Origin: a virus
Lineage: Duplodnaviria; Caudoviricetes
Virus record (IMG/VR): IMGVR_UViG_3300020465_001196
DNA length: 64,000 nt
Strand: one strand, 5' to 3'
Positions 17,279 through 27,400 of the stretch are shown here, one piece after another (the first letter of the stretch is position 1; each line of letters opens with the position of its first letter). The position numbers and the translations under genes are program-made. The notes below the pieces were generated by a model. It saw only the letters and a list, made by a program, of their open reading frames with translations, searched no databases and was not told the DNA's origin.

Positions 17279-17467
17279 ATGAAAAACTTTTTTAAAAATA
17301 TTACAGACTCGGCTAAAAAAGCAGGTTCTAAGATAACTGATGGTGCTAAAAACATTACATCTAAAACAGTAGATGGTGTTAAAGGCGTTGGCGATAAAGC
17401 CAAAAGATCAATGGATCTTGCCAAAGGTAAAGTTACTAAACTGACTCAGTTTAAACCTAAAAAATAA
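17279..17467 (+). CDS. Lys-rich amphipathic (LEA/YtxH-like) peptide
   Basis: 11-residue periodicity ITDSAKKAGSK/ITDGAKNITSK/TVDGVKGVGDK. Confidence 0.65.
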   Translation: MKNFFKNITDSAKKAGSKITDGAKNITSKTVDGVKGVGDKAKRSMDLAKGKVTKLTQFKPKK

Positions 17468-17707
17468 TTATTTTTTAGCAAAACTTTCTTTTGTTATCCC
17501 AGCTTTAGCGAATGCTTCAGCAAATGCATTATTCAAAGGTGCATTATTAGATTCATTTGATTTAAAACTTTTTTGATTGTGAGAAGGCTTTTTTCTTTTT
17601 TGAGGTTTAGATTTCTTCTTAGGTAAAGGCTCAATTGAGTGAGTGATTTTCTTTACTGACTTTTTTTGAGGTTCACCTATGGTGTATGTTTGTTTCTTTT
17701 TAGCCAT
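17468..17707 (-). CDS. very basic small protein
   Basis: Lys-rich; C-terminal NNAFAEAFAKA helix; TAAATA at 17731 upstream. Confidence 0.7.
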   Translation of the reverse strand: MAKKKQTYTIGEPQKKSVKKITHSIEPLPKKKSKPQKRKKPSHNQKSFKSNESNNAPLNNAFAEAFAKAGITKESFAKK

Positions 17708-17773
17708 ATATGTTTTAGGTTCCTTAACTGTATTTAACCATTATCATTGAAATGAAGCATATAATATGCAAAA

Positions 17774-18239
17774 ACCTTGGGCTTATGTCCTAAGACTGCC
17801 AAGGTACTATATGCAAGAAGGCCGTTTTAAGTACTTTAGTACACCTTCGGTGTAGACCAAATGTCTACGAAATGGAAGTATCTAAGACTTCCTATGGAAG
17901 CTACTGTGGCTTCCTAAAATGAGAAGCTTCAATGCTTCTCTAAATGAGAACAACTAAGGTTCTCTAAAACGGTGCAATTTTTAAAGACATTTTTAAACTT
18001 TATAAGTCGTCTAGCACCTCTATAAACATTATAGGTTATTATTGTTTAGTGTAAGAATTTATAAGCATTTTTAAAGTATTATACTAGCTAACTTACTAAT
18101 AATAAACCTAACTAAATGAGCATCTGTGGCTCTCTTTTCCTAGTAGGTGTAAGTAATTATCTCTTACATACCTCCATTAAAATATTTGATAATGGATATC
18201 GTTACACTTTATCAAATATTTTTTAGAGGTTAAGTTAGC
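17774..18239. ncRNA. candidate structured non-coding RNA / hairpin array
   Basis: Four adjacent covarying hairpins 17874-17964, fifth at 18118-18132, 14-bp perfect stem 18179-18222; no ORF. Confidence 0.45.
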
Positions 18240-18291
18240 GATAATTCACATGACATTTACATTAAATATTATAGCAGAGAGAGGTTGTATC

Positions 18292-18894
18292 GTGGATAAA
18301 ATTATTTTAACAGACATAGACGGTGTTGTTTTTGATTGGCATACAGCATTCGTTAAATGGATGGAACTTCAAGGTTATTCGTCAACAGGTGTGATGCATC
18401 ATGATGCAGAAATACACAACGAGTTTGGAATTGCTTTTCAAGAAGGTCTTATTAAAAGAGAAGAGTTCAATTCTTCTATGGCGTGTTCTATTTTAGAACC
18501 ATTACGCGGCGCCGAGATTTGGATTCCTAAACTTAAAGAAGAAGGTTTTAAATTTATTGCTATTACTTCTTTAAGTGATAAACCAATCGCTCAATACTAT
18601 CGTTATTTAAATTTAGAAGATTACTTTGATGTTGAAACTTTTTTAGATGTTAGATGTTTACCTGCAGGTGCAGATAAAACAGAAGCACTAGAAGAATTCA
18701 AAGATAGTGCTTTACTTTACATTGATGATAGAACATTAAATATTGAAATAGCATTAAAACAAAATCTTAATGCTATACTAATGAAACATCCTTATAACAT
18801 TCAATACTCAAACCCAAAAGTTAAATTAGTTAGCACTTGGGAAGATATTTACAATTACATTCAAAAAGTATACAACGTAAAACCAAATAAATAA
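18292..18894 (+). CDS. HAD-superfamily 5'(3')-nucleotidase-like phosphatase
   Basis: ILTDIDGV motif I, ITS motif II, K and YIDD motifs; GTG start with RBS GAGG. Confidence 0.85.
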   Translation: MDKIILTDIDGVVFDWHTAFVKWMELQGYSSTGVMHHDAEIHNEFGIAFQEGLIKREEFNSSMACSILEPLRGAEIWIPKLKEEGFKFIAITSLSDKPIAQYYRYLNLEDYFDVETFLDVRCLPAGADKTEALEEFKDSALLYIDDRTLNIEIALKQNLNAILMKHPYNIQYSNPKVKLVSTWEDIYNYIQKVYNVKPNK

Positions 18895-18898
18895 AAAT

Positions 18899-19507
18899 AT
18901 GTTACACAAACATATTTTTCACGTTCCAGAATTAGATCTTAATGATCAACAAAGATCAATCATTAAAGAAAGATATTATAAGTTCAAAGAAGCCAACCCA
19001 GGTGTTGGCTTCGAGAGCGTCGAGAGAGAAGAAGGTGGAAATAATCCAGGAAACATAGCAACAACAAGTTCAGATGGTGAACCTGTGTTTAAGTATATTA
19101 CAAGTGGTATAGATTTATTAGAAGGTGTATATACTGACAAACAAATACAGCAAATTAAAAGTTTATGTTCTCCATTAGACAATATGAATGCTGATGAGCC
19201 TTTTGATTTTTTAGAAACACATGGCAAAGTATTAAAACATATTGATGATATGCGATATGGTGTTATTACAGTACCTATTATAGAACTAGGACATACATTA
19301 GAGTTTTATGCTAGTGATGATGCTTCTGTAACTGATGATGTTGTTGAAACAATGAAGTATGATAATAAAACTTACATATTCAATCCTAAAATACCGCATG
19401 GAGTAAGAACATCAGATCATATGAGATTGTTTTGGCAAGGTAGCATTTTTAATAAAAACTTTGAACAAATAAAACAAGAATATGAACAAGGTAAATTGTT
19501 TAGATAA
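18899..19507 (+). CDS. Fe(II)/2OG-type oxygenase (DSBH)
   Basis: HID...PHGV...R. Confidence 0.65.
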   Translation: MLHKHIFHVPELDLNDQQRSIIKERYYKFKEANPGVGFESVEREEGGNNPGNIATTSSDGEPVFKYITSGIDLLEGVYTDKQIQQIKSLCSPLDNMNADEPFDFLETHGKVLKHIDDMRYGVITVPIIELGHTLEFYASDDASVTDDVVETMKYDNKTYIFNPKIPHGVRTSDHMRLFWQGSIFNKNFEQIKQEYEQGKLFR

Positions 19508-19515
19508 GTATTAAT

Positions 19516-20310
19516 ATGGCACATTCAAAAATAGGATTATATGGAGACAGTTTTGTTGAAGTATGGCCGGAAGAAAAAAAGAAATATAAAGAAGAAGAAC
19601 ATTATTCATTAACACCGTGGCCAAAAATAGTTGCGGACAAATTTAATTTAGAAATTGTTCATTCAGGTAAAGGTGGAACATCATATTGGGATATTCCATT
19701 ACAACAGTTTTCATTAGATAATGTTCCTGATATATTAATATTTTCTTGGACCTCTAGTGCTAGACTTTATAACAAACAAGGAATCCAATTACATCCTAAC
19801 CCAGGTAAAATTTGGTGGCAAGACGGTGATGTTAAAGATAGTTATGTAGATGCAAGTAAACAATATTTCAAATACATTCATGATACTGAAAAAGAAATAG
19901 CAGAGTACAAGGCTTGTTTATATTGGTTTGATGAAACTATATTAAGTCAAATACCATCAGATAGAAAAATAATTCACTTGTGGTCATTTGGACATGATAA
20001 CACAGACACTAAATTAGGTGGAACATATCATCCTGGCAATTTAACTTATTTGCACAATTGGAAAAATGGTTGCGAAATAAGACCAAGTTGTATGAGTATT
20101 GCTTTGATGGATGGTGCAGGGTTTGATGATGTTGATCCATTTGAAAATCATATGAATACACAAACTAAACATAATCTTATGGCAGACTTTATAATGCATT
20201 CTTTAATTGATACTAATGTTAACGGAGGATATGATAGAGAAGCATTAAATGACTATTCAGAAAACGTAATTAAAAATCACATTTATTCTACAATGCCCCC
20301 TTCTAAATAA
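19516..20310 (+). CDS. SGNH/GDSL-like hydrolase or acyltransferase
   Basis: YGDSF block I, GKGGTS, late HMN. Confidence 0.55.
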   Translation: MAHSKIGLYGDSFVEVWPEEKKKYKEEEHYSLTPWPKIVADKFNLEIVHSGKGGTSYWDIPLQQFSLDNVPDILIFSWTSSARLYNKQGIQLHPNPGKIWWQDGDVKDSYVDASKQYFKYIHDTEKEIAEYKACLYWFDETILSQIPSDRKIIHLWSFGHDNTDTKLGGTYHPGNLTYLHNWKNGCEIRPSCMSIALMDGAGFDDVDPFENHMNTQTKHNLMADFIMHSLIDTNVNGGYDREALNDYSENVIKNHIYSTMPPSK

Positions 20311-20343
20311 CAAATAAATATACTATAACAGGAGTCAATTAAA

Positions 20344-21072
20344 ATGAAGTGGACAACTTTAATACAAACAAAATACTATAATATAGATAAAACTGAATCA
20401 ATTGATCTTATTATACCTAGAACTGTTAAAGATGATCAACAAATTGCTGGTAGGCAGGTTGATACATTAGGTATATGGTGTTCAGGTGGTGCTGACTCAA
20501 GTGCTTTATTATATTTGCTTTGTAAAGAAATAAAAAAGAATAATTTAAGTATAAAAGTACAACCAATGACAGTTAGAAGACAACGTCCATGGAACCCTGT
20601 AAAAGCAACTCATGTTATTAATAAAATTACTGAAATTTGTGAAGCACAAGAAATTGTGTTACCTCATTTAATTTACTATCCTGACTTAAAAGATGAGCAT
20701 CAAACTGAATGGCAAGAATTTCAAGATAGAAATAAAGAAAATGAAGAAACAGGAGTGTGGGATGTTCTATATGATGGTATAACATCTAACCCACCAGAAG
20801 GGGCAATGCCTTATGACACAGATCAAAAAGATAGACGTGATCCAAATGTAGACCATGAATTGATTACTCCAGATGGATGTTCTCATAGACCATTTTTTAA
20901 TACAAATAAAAAATTTATTGCTGACATTTATAAGCAAGAAAATTTAATGAGTAATTTATTTCCTTTAACTTGGTCATGTGAAGGAACGTTTGAACAAACA
21001 AATGGTTACCTAACACCTTGTGAAAACTGTTGGTGGTGTCATGAAAGATATTGGGCATTCAATAGATATTAA
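20344..21072 (+). CDS. QueC-like PP-loop ATP pyrophosphatase
   Basis: CSGGADS; PF...K..I; TWSC...CENCWWCHER. Confidence 0.8.
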   Translation: MKWTTLIQTKYYNIDKTESIDLIIPRTVKDDQQIAGRQVDTLGIWCSGGADSSALLYLLCKEIKKNNLSIKVQPMTVRRQRPWNPVKATHVINKITEICEAQEIVLPHLIYYPDLKDEHQTEWQEFQDRNKENEETGVWDVLYDGITSNPPEGAMPYDTDQKDRRDPNVDHELITPDGCSHRPFFNTNKKFIADIYKQENLMSNLFPLTWSCEGTFEQTNGYLTPCENCWWCHERYWAFNRY

Positions 21073-22397
21073 TGTCAGAAATTATTGCAATCGATAACGA
21101 TATACAAAATCCTTATTCATTTGAAGTAACATGGGATTTAGGTTTACGATGTAATTTTGATTGTACTTACTGTCCTTCACACAGACATAACAACACATCA
21201 CCTCATGCAAGTTTAGAAACATTAATTAAAACAAGTAAGTTTGTTTTTGATTATAAAAAATTATTACAATCGTATATGACATATTCTCGTAAATGGAATA
21301 TTGGATTTACAGGAGGTGAACCAACTGCCAATCCAAACTTTTTAGCAATGTGTGAATACATACATGATCAAGGTGACCAAGATGTAGTTGTTGATGTAAC
21401 AACAAATGGAGCCATAGGAGAAAAATATTGTAAAAAATTAATTGATAATGTTGATAGTATTACTGTAAGTTATCACAGCGAAGTAGATCAAAAAACAAAA
21501 GATAGAGTTGTAGATAGAATTTATCAATTAAAAGAATCAAATATTAGACATAAAGTTAATTTAATGTTTCATGCTAAAGAAGAATACTTTAATGAATGTA
21601 TTGATTTAGTTGGAAAATTTACTAGAGATAATGTAAAGTTTGTACCAAGAATTATTGGAGAAAGTTATGATAATGACAAGTACAATCATAGATATACTCC
21701 AGAACAACATAAATGGTTTAGAGACTTTTGGGCAATTAGAAACAAAAAAGAAAACAATCAAAAGCAACCTAAAAAGATAGATGAAAATAATGATGCCGAA
21801 TATGAGTATACAGATGATCAAAAGAAAGTACAAGAAAAAAGATTAGCACAAAAGGCAAAAGATATTGCAGTAGGTGAAAGAATTAAAACCAAAGACCTAT
21901 CAAAACCTATAAAAGATTTACTACCAAAAAAACAAGAAGGTAGAAAAAGTTTAGGTAGACCTTGTTGTGGGCAAAGAACATTTTATACATTAACAGAAGA
22001 ACATTATACACAAAATAATAAAAAATTAGATACAGATAAATGGAATAAAAGTGTATTTGCTTGTTCAACAGAATATAAAGATTGGTCTTGTTTAATTAAT
22101 TGGAATTGGTTACATATTGAACAAGAATATGATAATATACTACATCATCAAACTTGTCGTGCAAATTTTGGTGGGGAACGTGGGCCTATTGGTAAGATAT
22201 CTGAAAGTGAAATAGTTTTAGAAAGATTAGAAAAACAATTAGCAACAGGTAAAATGCCTGTAATAACTTGCCCTAATAAAGTTTGCGGTTGTGGTTTATG
22301 TGTACAAAAATCAAAACATCATGATATGACAGAAGCAATGTTTAATAAAGCAGTAAAAGGTTTAACTCCTGTTATTGGAGCAAAACTAAATGGATAA
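21072..22397 (+). CDS. radical SAM enzyme with Cys-rich C-terminus
   Basis: CNFDCTYC, FTGGEP, C-terminal CPNKVCGCGLC. Confidence 0.9.
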   Translation: MSEIIAIDNDIQNPYSFEVTWDLGLRCNFDCTYCPSHRHNNTSPHASLETLIKTSKFVFDYKKLLQSYMTYSRKWNIGFTGGEPTANPNFLAMCEYIHDQGDQDVVVDVTTNGAIGEKYCKKLIDNVDSITVSYHSEVDQKTKDRVVDRIYQLKESNIRHKVNLMFHAKEEYFNECIDLVGKFTRDNVKFVPRIIGESYDNDKYNHRYTPEQHKWFRDFWAIRNKKENNQKQPKKIDENNDAEYEYTDDQKKVQEKRLAQKAKDIAVGERIKTKDLSKPIKDLLPKKQEGRKSLGRPCCGQRTFYTLTEEHYTQNNKKLDTDKWNKSVFACSTEYKDWSCLINWNWLHIEQEYDNILHHQTCRANFGGERGPIGKISESEIVLERLEKQLATGKMPVITCPNKVCGCGLCVQKSKHHDMTEAMFNKAVKGLTPVIGAKLNG

Positions 22398-23676
22398 AGA
22401 AGTAAAAAACTTTAATGAAAAGTATGGTAACACCTTCTGTATAAAACCTTTTTCAGAAGTAGCATCTACACCACTTGGTGCAATTAAGTTGTGCTGTTAC
22501 TCTGGAACAATTGATCCTAAAGAAGAATATTTCAGCAAAGATAAAACTATCAAACAAGTGTTTAACAACAACGCAGGATTGATACAAGCAAGAAAAGATT
22601 TACTTGCTGGTAAAAAAATAAAACAATGTCAAGGTTGTTGGAAAGACGAAGAAGCTGGAAACAAATCAATGAGGATAAATCACACACAATATTACGATGA
22701 GATGGATCCAGAGTTTGTGCAACAAGCAAAACAACAAGGCAAAGCAGAAGTTAAAAGTATAGACATAAAATTTGGTAACAAATGCAATTATGCCTGCGTT
22801 ATGTGTGCACCAGACAACAGCAGTTTGTGGGGAAAAGAAATACAAAAAAATCCAATAGACGTAGATTTATATCAAGGTGGCTTTAATAATTTTGTTCAAT
22901 TAGTTGATTACCCAGAACACAAATATGATGAGCTTTTAGAAATATCTAAAAGTATTAGAAGAGTGAAAAGCACTGGTGGTGAACCAATGTTGCTAGATGG
23001 ATTCAAAGGTTACATAAAAAAAATAGTAGACAAAGGATATGCCAAATACATGAACTTTAAAACTGTAACAAATGGTACAGTTGATTGTTCTGAATTACTA
23101 CCTTACATGAATGAGTTCAAAAGGTTTGAAATGGATTGGAGTGTTGATGGCACCGGCGAAGTTTATAATTATATTAGGTGGCCTGGCAACTTTAATAGGA
23201 TGAAAAGAATACACGAAAAATTAGCATCAGAAATTATCAACAACAATTATAAAAATATTGAAATTACTATGCACCCAACTATACAAGTTTTTAATCTACA
23301 TAATATTCCTGAAATAATACAATATGCAAAAGATCTACAGGTTGTTAATTTTGTAGATTTTGGATACATTTTTGATGAGCCAAGTTATTTAAACACTGGT
23401 GTATTTCCTGATAAAATGCTAGAAGATATTATTCAAGAAAACAATAAAAAAGTTGGTAAAATAGAAACATCAAACAATTTTAATCATTCATATGATAATC
23501 TTGTGTCGACTGTACGTAGAGATCAAAAATTATTTAATAAAAAGTACAACAAAAAAGAATTGTTTGATAAAACTAAAAGAATAGCAAAATGGTTTGATAA
23601 AAGTAGGAAACTAGATATTCACAATCACATATCAACATATAAAGAGCTTGAAAATTACTATCTACACCTACAATAA
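22390..23676 (+). CDS. N-terminal twitch-domain radical SAM enzyme
   Basis: FCIKPF...CC...CQGCW then CNYACVMC, TGGEP. Confidence 0.9.
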   Translation: MDKEVKNFNEKYGNTFCIKPFSEVASTPLGAIKLCCYSGTIDPKEEYFSKDKTIKQVFNNNAGLIQARKDLLAGKKIKQCQGCWKDEEAGNKSMRINHTQYYDEMDPEFVQQAKQQGKAEVKSIDIKFGNKCNYACVMCAPDNSSLWGKEIQKNPIDVDLYQGGFNNFVQLVDYPEHKYDELLEISKSIRRVKSTGGEPMLLDGFKGYIKKIVDKGYAKYMNFKTVTNGTVDCSELLPYMNEFKRFEMDWSVDGTGEVYNYIRWPGNFNRMKRIHEKLASEIINNNYKNIEITMHPTIQVFNLHNIPEIIQYAKDLQVVNFVDFGYIFDEPSYLNTGVFPDKMLEDIIQENNKKVGKIETSNNFNHSYDNLVSTVRRDQKLFNKKYNKKELFDKTKRIAKWFDKSRKLDIHNHISTYKELENYYLHLQ

Positions 23677-23973
23677 AACCCAATAGTTTTTGGCCTATAA
23701 TTTGTTCTATTACACCTCTAATAAACAAACAGCACTTTGGTACATAATACATCATAAAAGCGGACACACGGTGCTTAAAAGCGGATATAGACGGTGATTT
23801 AGATGTGTTTTAAGTGTCTGACAAGGGGGCAATGCCCCGCTTGTCTTTATTGCAATTTGAGTAAAATAATGTTAAGACCTTTATTGGAATCGGAAAACTA
23901 TCTGACGCGAGTCTTGTTTTCCCTTTGTGTGCATTATTTATAGAACTCTATATGCACATTAACTTGTAATGTT

Positions 23974-24047
23974 TGGTAGCACTACCGGGAATTGAACCTG
24001 GGTCTTAACCTCCTGAAAGTTACGTTCTACCATTGAACTATAGTGCA
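23974..24047 (-). tRNA. atypical tRNA, anticodon CAG (Leu codon) on a short-variable-arm body, CCA encoded
   Basis: TGCACTA TA GTTC-AATGGTA-GAAC G TAACT-TTCAGGA-GGTTA AGAC CCAGG-TTCAATT-CCCGG TAGTGCT A CCA. Confidence 0.8.
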
Positions 24048-24178
24048 TACAGTATTTAAAGGTATAGGCACCTATGTTAAAACTATAGAATTCTATATTA
24101 AATATAGACTTTTAAAAATATAAATGTTATAATAAACTGTAGATTAGATACACACAAACATACACAAAGGAGGATATT

Positions 24179-24406
24179 ATGTCTACAAATAAAAACGCAT
24201 ACGAAATCCGTGCTGACATCTTAGGTCAAGCTCAGGGATTAATTCACGAAAAATATAATAGAGCATATCAAACTTGGGAAATGTCTGTAACACGACATCC
24301 TGAAACAGGAGTTATACTTTCAACAAAAGATGCTCCAGTATTTCCTACTACTAAAGAAATACTTGATTGTGCTAATGAATTATATTCATTCGTAGATAAA
24401 AAATAA
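24179..24406 (+). CDS. conserved T4-like aquatic phage protein (NAYEIRADIL family)
   Basis: RBS AAGGAGG; terminator after. Confidence 0.8.
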   Translation: MSTNKNAYEIRADILGQAQGLIHEKYNRAYQTWEMSVTRHPETGVILSTKDAPVFPTTKEILDCANELYSFVDKK

Positions 24407-24412
24407 TCAACA

Positions 24413-24443
24413 AAAAACCCGGGCCTATTTCTAGACCCGGGTT
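24413..24443. terminator. terminator hairpin between convergent genes
   Basis: AACCCGGG...CCCGGGTT with flanking A run. Confidence 0.7.
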
Positions 24444-24493
24444 CAATTATTAATTAGTGTTTGAGCTTAACAAGTTAGCTCTATACTAACCTA

Positions 24494-27400
24494 TTAAGTT
24501 AATGCTTTGTATTCAACAGTAACTATACCAGCACCACCTGTTGGAGTTGACGCCGCACCACCTGACTGTAAGTAAGCCATTGTGAATGTAGCACCACCTG
24601 CCGTAGCAGTTGCAAATGGAACATCAATTACGTATGTACCTGCTGTTTTAATATCAGCGTCAGCATTAGCTACGAAAGTAGTAGTACCGTCTGATAAAGT
24701 AACGTGATCAATTGAACCACCTGAGAAAGCAGTAGTTACGTGAACAGTCACTTTAGCAACATAGTAAGTTGTTGAACCTGCATTTGGCATAGAACCAATT
24801 GTAGTAGTTGTAGCACCTGAGGCGATCGCAGTTCTAATAGTTAGATCGTCTGTAGTAGTTACAACGTTAGCATTTACCCATGCTTTTGTAACAAGAGTAT
24901 CATCAGTAATAGTTAATGACTCATAGTTAGCTGGAACGTTAACAACACCATTACCTTTTGGAGAAAGTAATAAGTCGATGTGTGAATCACCACCTGTAGT
25001 TGAGATCGCTGGAGCATTTGAAGTAGCCGCGTTCGTGATTGTAACTTCGTTTACAGCTGAAGCTGTTCTTTCGAAAATTGCAATCTCGTTGTTAGAAGAA
25101 TCGTTAATTTTAACTTTACCTTCTGCAGAACCACCTGTACCACCTCTGATGATTACATCACCTGAAGCATTACCACCAGTACCGTTACCACCTTTGATAA
25201 CCGCATCACCAGCCGCGCCACTGTTAGCCGCACCACCAGATACTGTTAAGTCCATATTATCGTCACCCATTACAAGTGAGTTACCACCTGCCGCTTCAGA
25301 GATAACAACAACACCATCGCCTTGTCCTTTAAGAACTAAATCGATATCTGCTGAGTTGTCATCTGGATCTGTTGCAGTAAGAGTTACGTTAGAAGCCGTG
25401 TTAGTCATTACTAACTTGATGTTATCAGTTAATGTACCTGATACTTCAATAGCTGATTTACCAGCCGCGTCTCTAAGAGCTGATACATAGTCATATTGGT
25501 TAGCTGAACCAGTAGATCTTAAGTATTTGTTTACTGTTCCAACTGCCGCTAAACCTGTACCACCATTGCCTACTGGTAGTGTACCAGTAACATCAGCAGT
25601 CAAGTCAGCTTGTGCATATTGTAATGTACCGCCTGAAGATACTTTAAGAACAGTTGAGTTAGAACCTTTTGCTAATTCAGATACTGTACCGTCACCATCA
25701 GTTGTGATGATTGAACTTGCCGCGAAAGCAGAAACGTTTGTACCTAAACCACCATTAGCCGCCGCAACAGTACCAGATAAATCTGATGCCGATAAAGCAG
25801 AAGCTGAGAAGTTAGTTCCGTCTGATCTTAAGTATTGACCTGTTGAACCTACAGCGATTTCGCCACCGTCTGCTTCAACAAGTGAGTTGTTACCATGACC
25901 TGAGATAGATGCACCGAAGCCACCATATGCTCTGCCGATAACTGTACCATTCCAAGTACCAGCCGCAATTGTTCCAAAACGCATAGTTGCATCTGAAACA
26001 GAAGCTTGGTTAGCCGAACCAGTTTTGAACGTGAATGAATCTGTTGAATCATCAAAGTTCATGAATGCAAATTGGTTAGTGTTTGCTGTTGATGATCTTT
26101 TGATCTCAACACCACCTGCTAAACCAGTTTCTTGCGAAGTTGCACCACTGTTTACTTGAATGTATTTGTCTTCTGAAGTTACAGTTCCAACGTCTAATGT
26201 AATAGAGTTACCTGAAACTGTTAAGTCACCTGTTACTGCTAGGTCACCAGTGATAGCCATTGAACCATCAATAGTTGCTGTTGAACCTAATGTACCAGTT
26301 GAGAAAGTAGTAACACCAGTGATTGAACCACCAGTTAGTGCTACTGAACCTGCGTCCTGAGTAGCAATTGAACCTAAGCCCAATGATGTTCTAGCAGTTG
26401 CGCCTGACTCTGCAACCCAAGTTGAACCATTACCAACGATAATGTTACCATCACCTTTAGCCAATGCCGCAATTGCGTCTAAGTCTGCATCGTATGCCTG
26501 AACGTTAGTGCCAATAGTTAAACCTAATGACGCTCTAGCAGTTGCACCAGTTTCTAACACGAAGTTAGAACCGTCACCAACGATGATACCACCGTCTGTA
26601 ACAGCCAAACCAGCAACGTCTGCCAATTGTGCATCATAAGCCTGAACATCTGAACCAATTGCTAAACCTAAGTTAGATCTAGTTGAGTTAGAGTCAGTTA
26701 ATGTGATAGCACCTGTGTCTGCCAATGTTGCGTCACCTGACATAACATTGTCAATCCAAACTGAGTTACCTGTGTCATATAATAACATAGATCCGTCAGC
26801 TGGAGTAGTTAAAGTAACATCACCCATTTCAGCCAGTGTGTTTGAAGCCGCAACAGAATCATCTACATATTTTTTAGTTGATGCATCTGTATCAGCCGTT
26901 GGAGCACCCAAGCCAGTGATTTTTGCAGAAGACATTGCCGCACCGTTGAAAGTTGGCGTGTCACCTGTACCAAGACCTAATGAAGTTCTTGCTGTGTTAC
27001 CTGATTCAGCAACAAAGTTTGAGCCATCACCAACAATGATGTTACCATCTGATGGAGTTAAGCCCGCAACGTCAGCCAATTGTGCATCGTACGCCTGTAC
27101 ATCTGAACCAATAGCCAAACCTAAGTTTGTTCTTGCGTCAGAAGCCGTAGAAGCACCTGTACCACCGTGTGCAACAGCAACGTCAGTTGCCGCCCAAGTA
27201 CCAGTTGCAATAGTACCTAGTGTAGTAATTGATGTTTGACCTGCGTAAGTAGATTTAATTTTTAAAGTATCAGAATCGATCTCTAAAGTAGAATCATCAA
27301 CGTTAACACTCAGGTTGTTACCTGATTTTGCTAAACCGTCGCCTGCTGTGATCAAACCAGCACCAGAAAACTGAGTGAAAGTCAATGCAGTTGTACCAAC

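Noticed and set aside
20344-22397. Canonical queC-queE 7-deazaguanine DNA modification operon
   Set aside because: The adjacent rSAM is 441 aa with a Cys-rich tail, unlike QueE, and folE/queD/dpdA are not seen; cannot be excluded outside the window
23974-24047. Stop-codon reassignment with the odd tRNA read as a TCA suppressor
   Set aside because: The only 5-bp/7-nt anticodon arm centres CAG; genes end normally in TAA, TAG and TGA and are not fragmented
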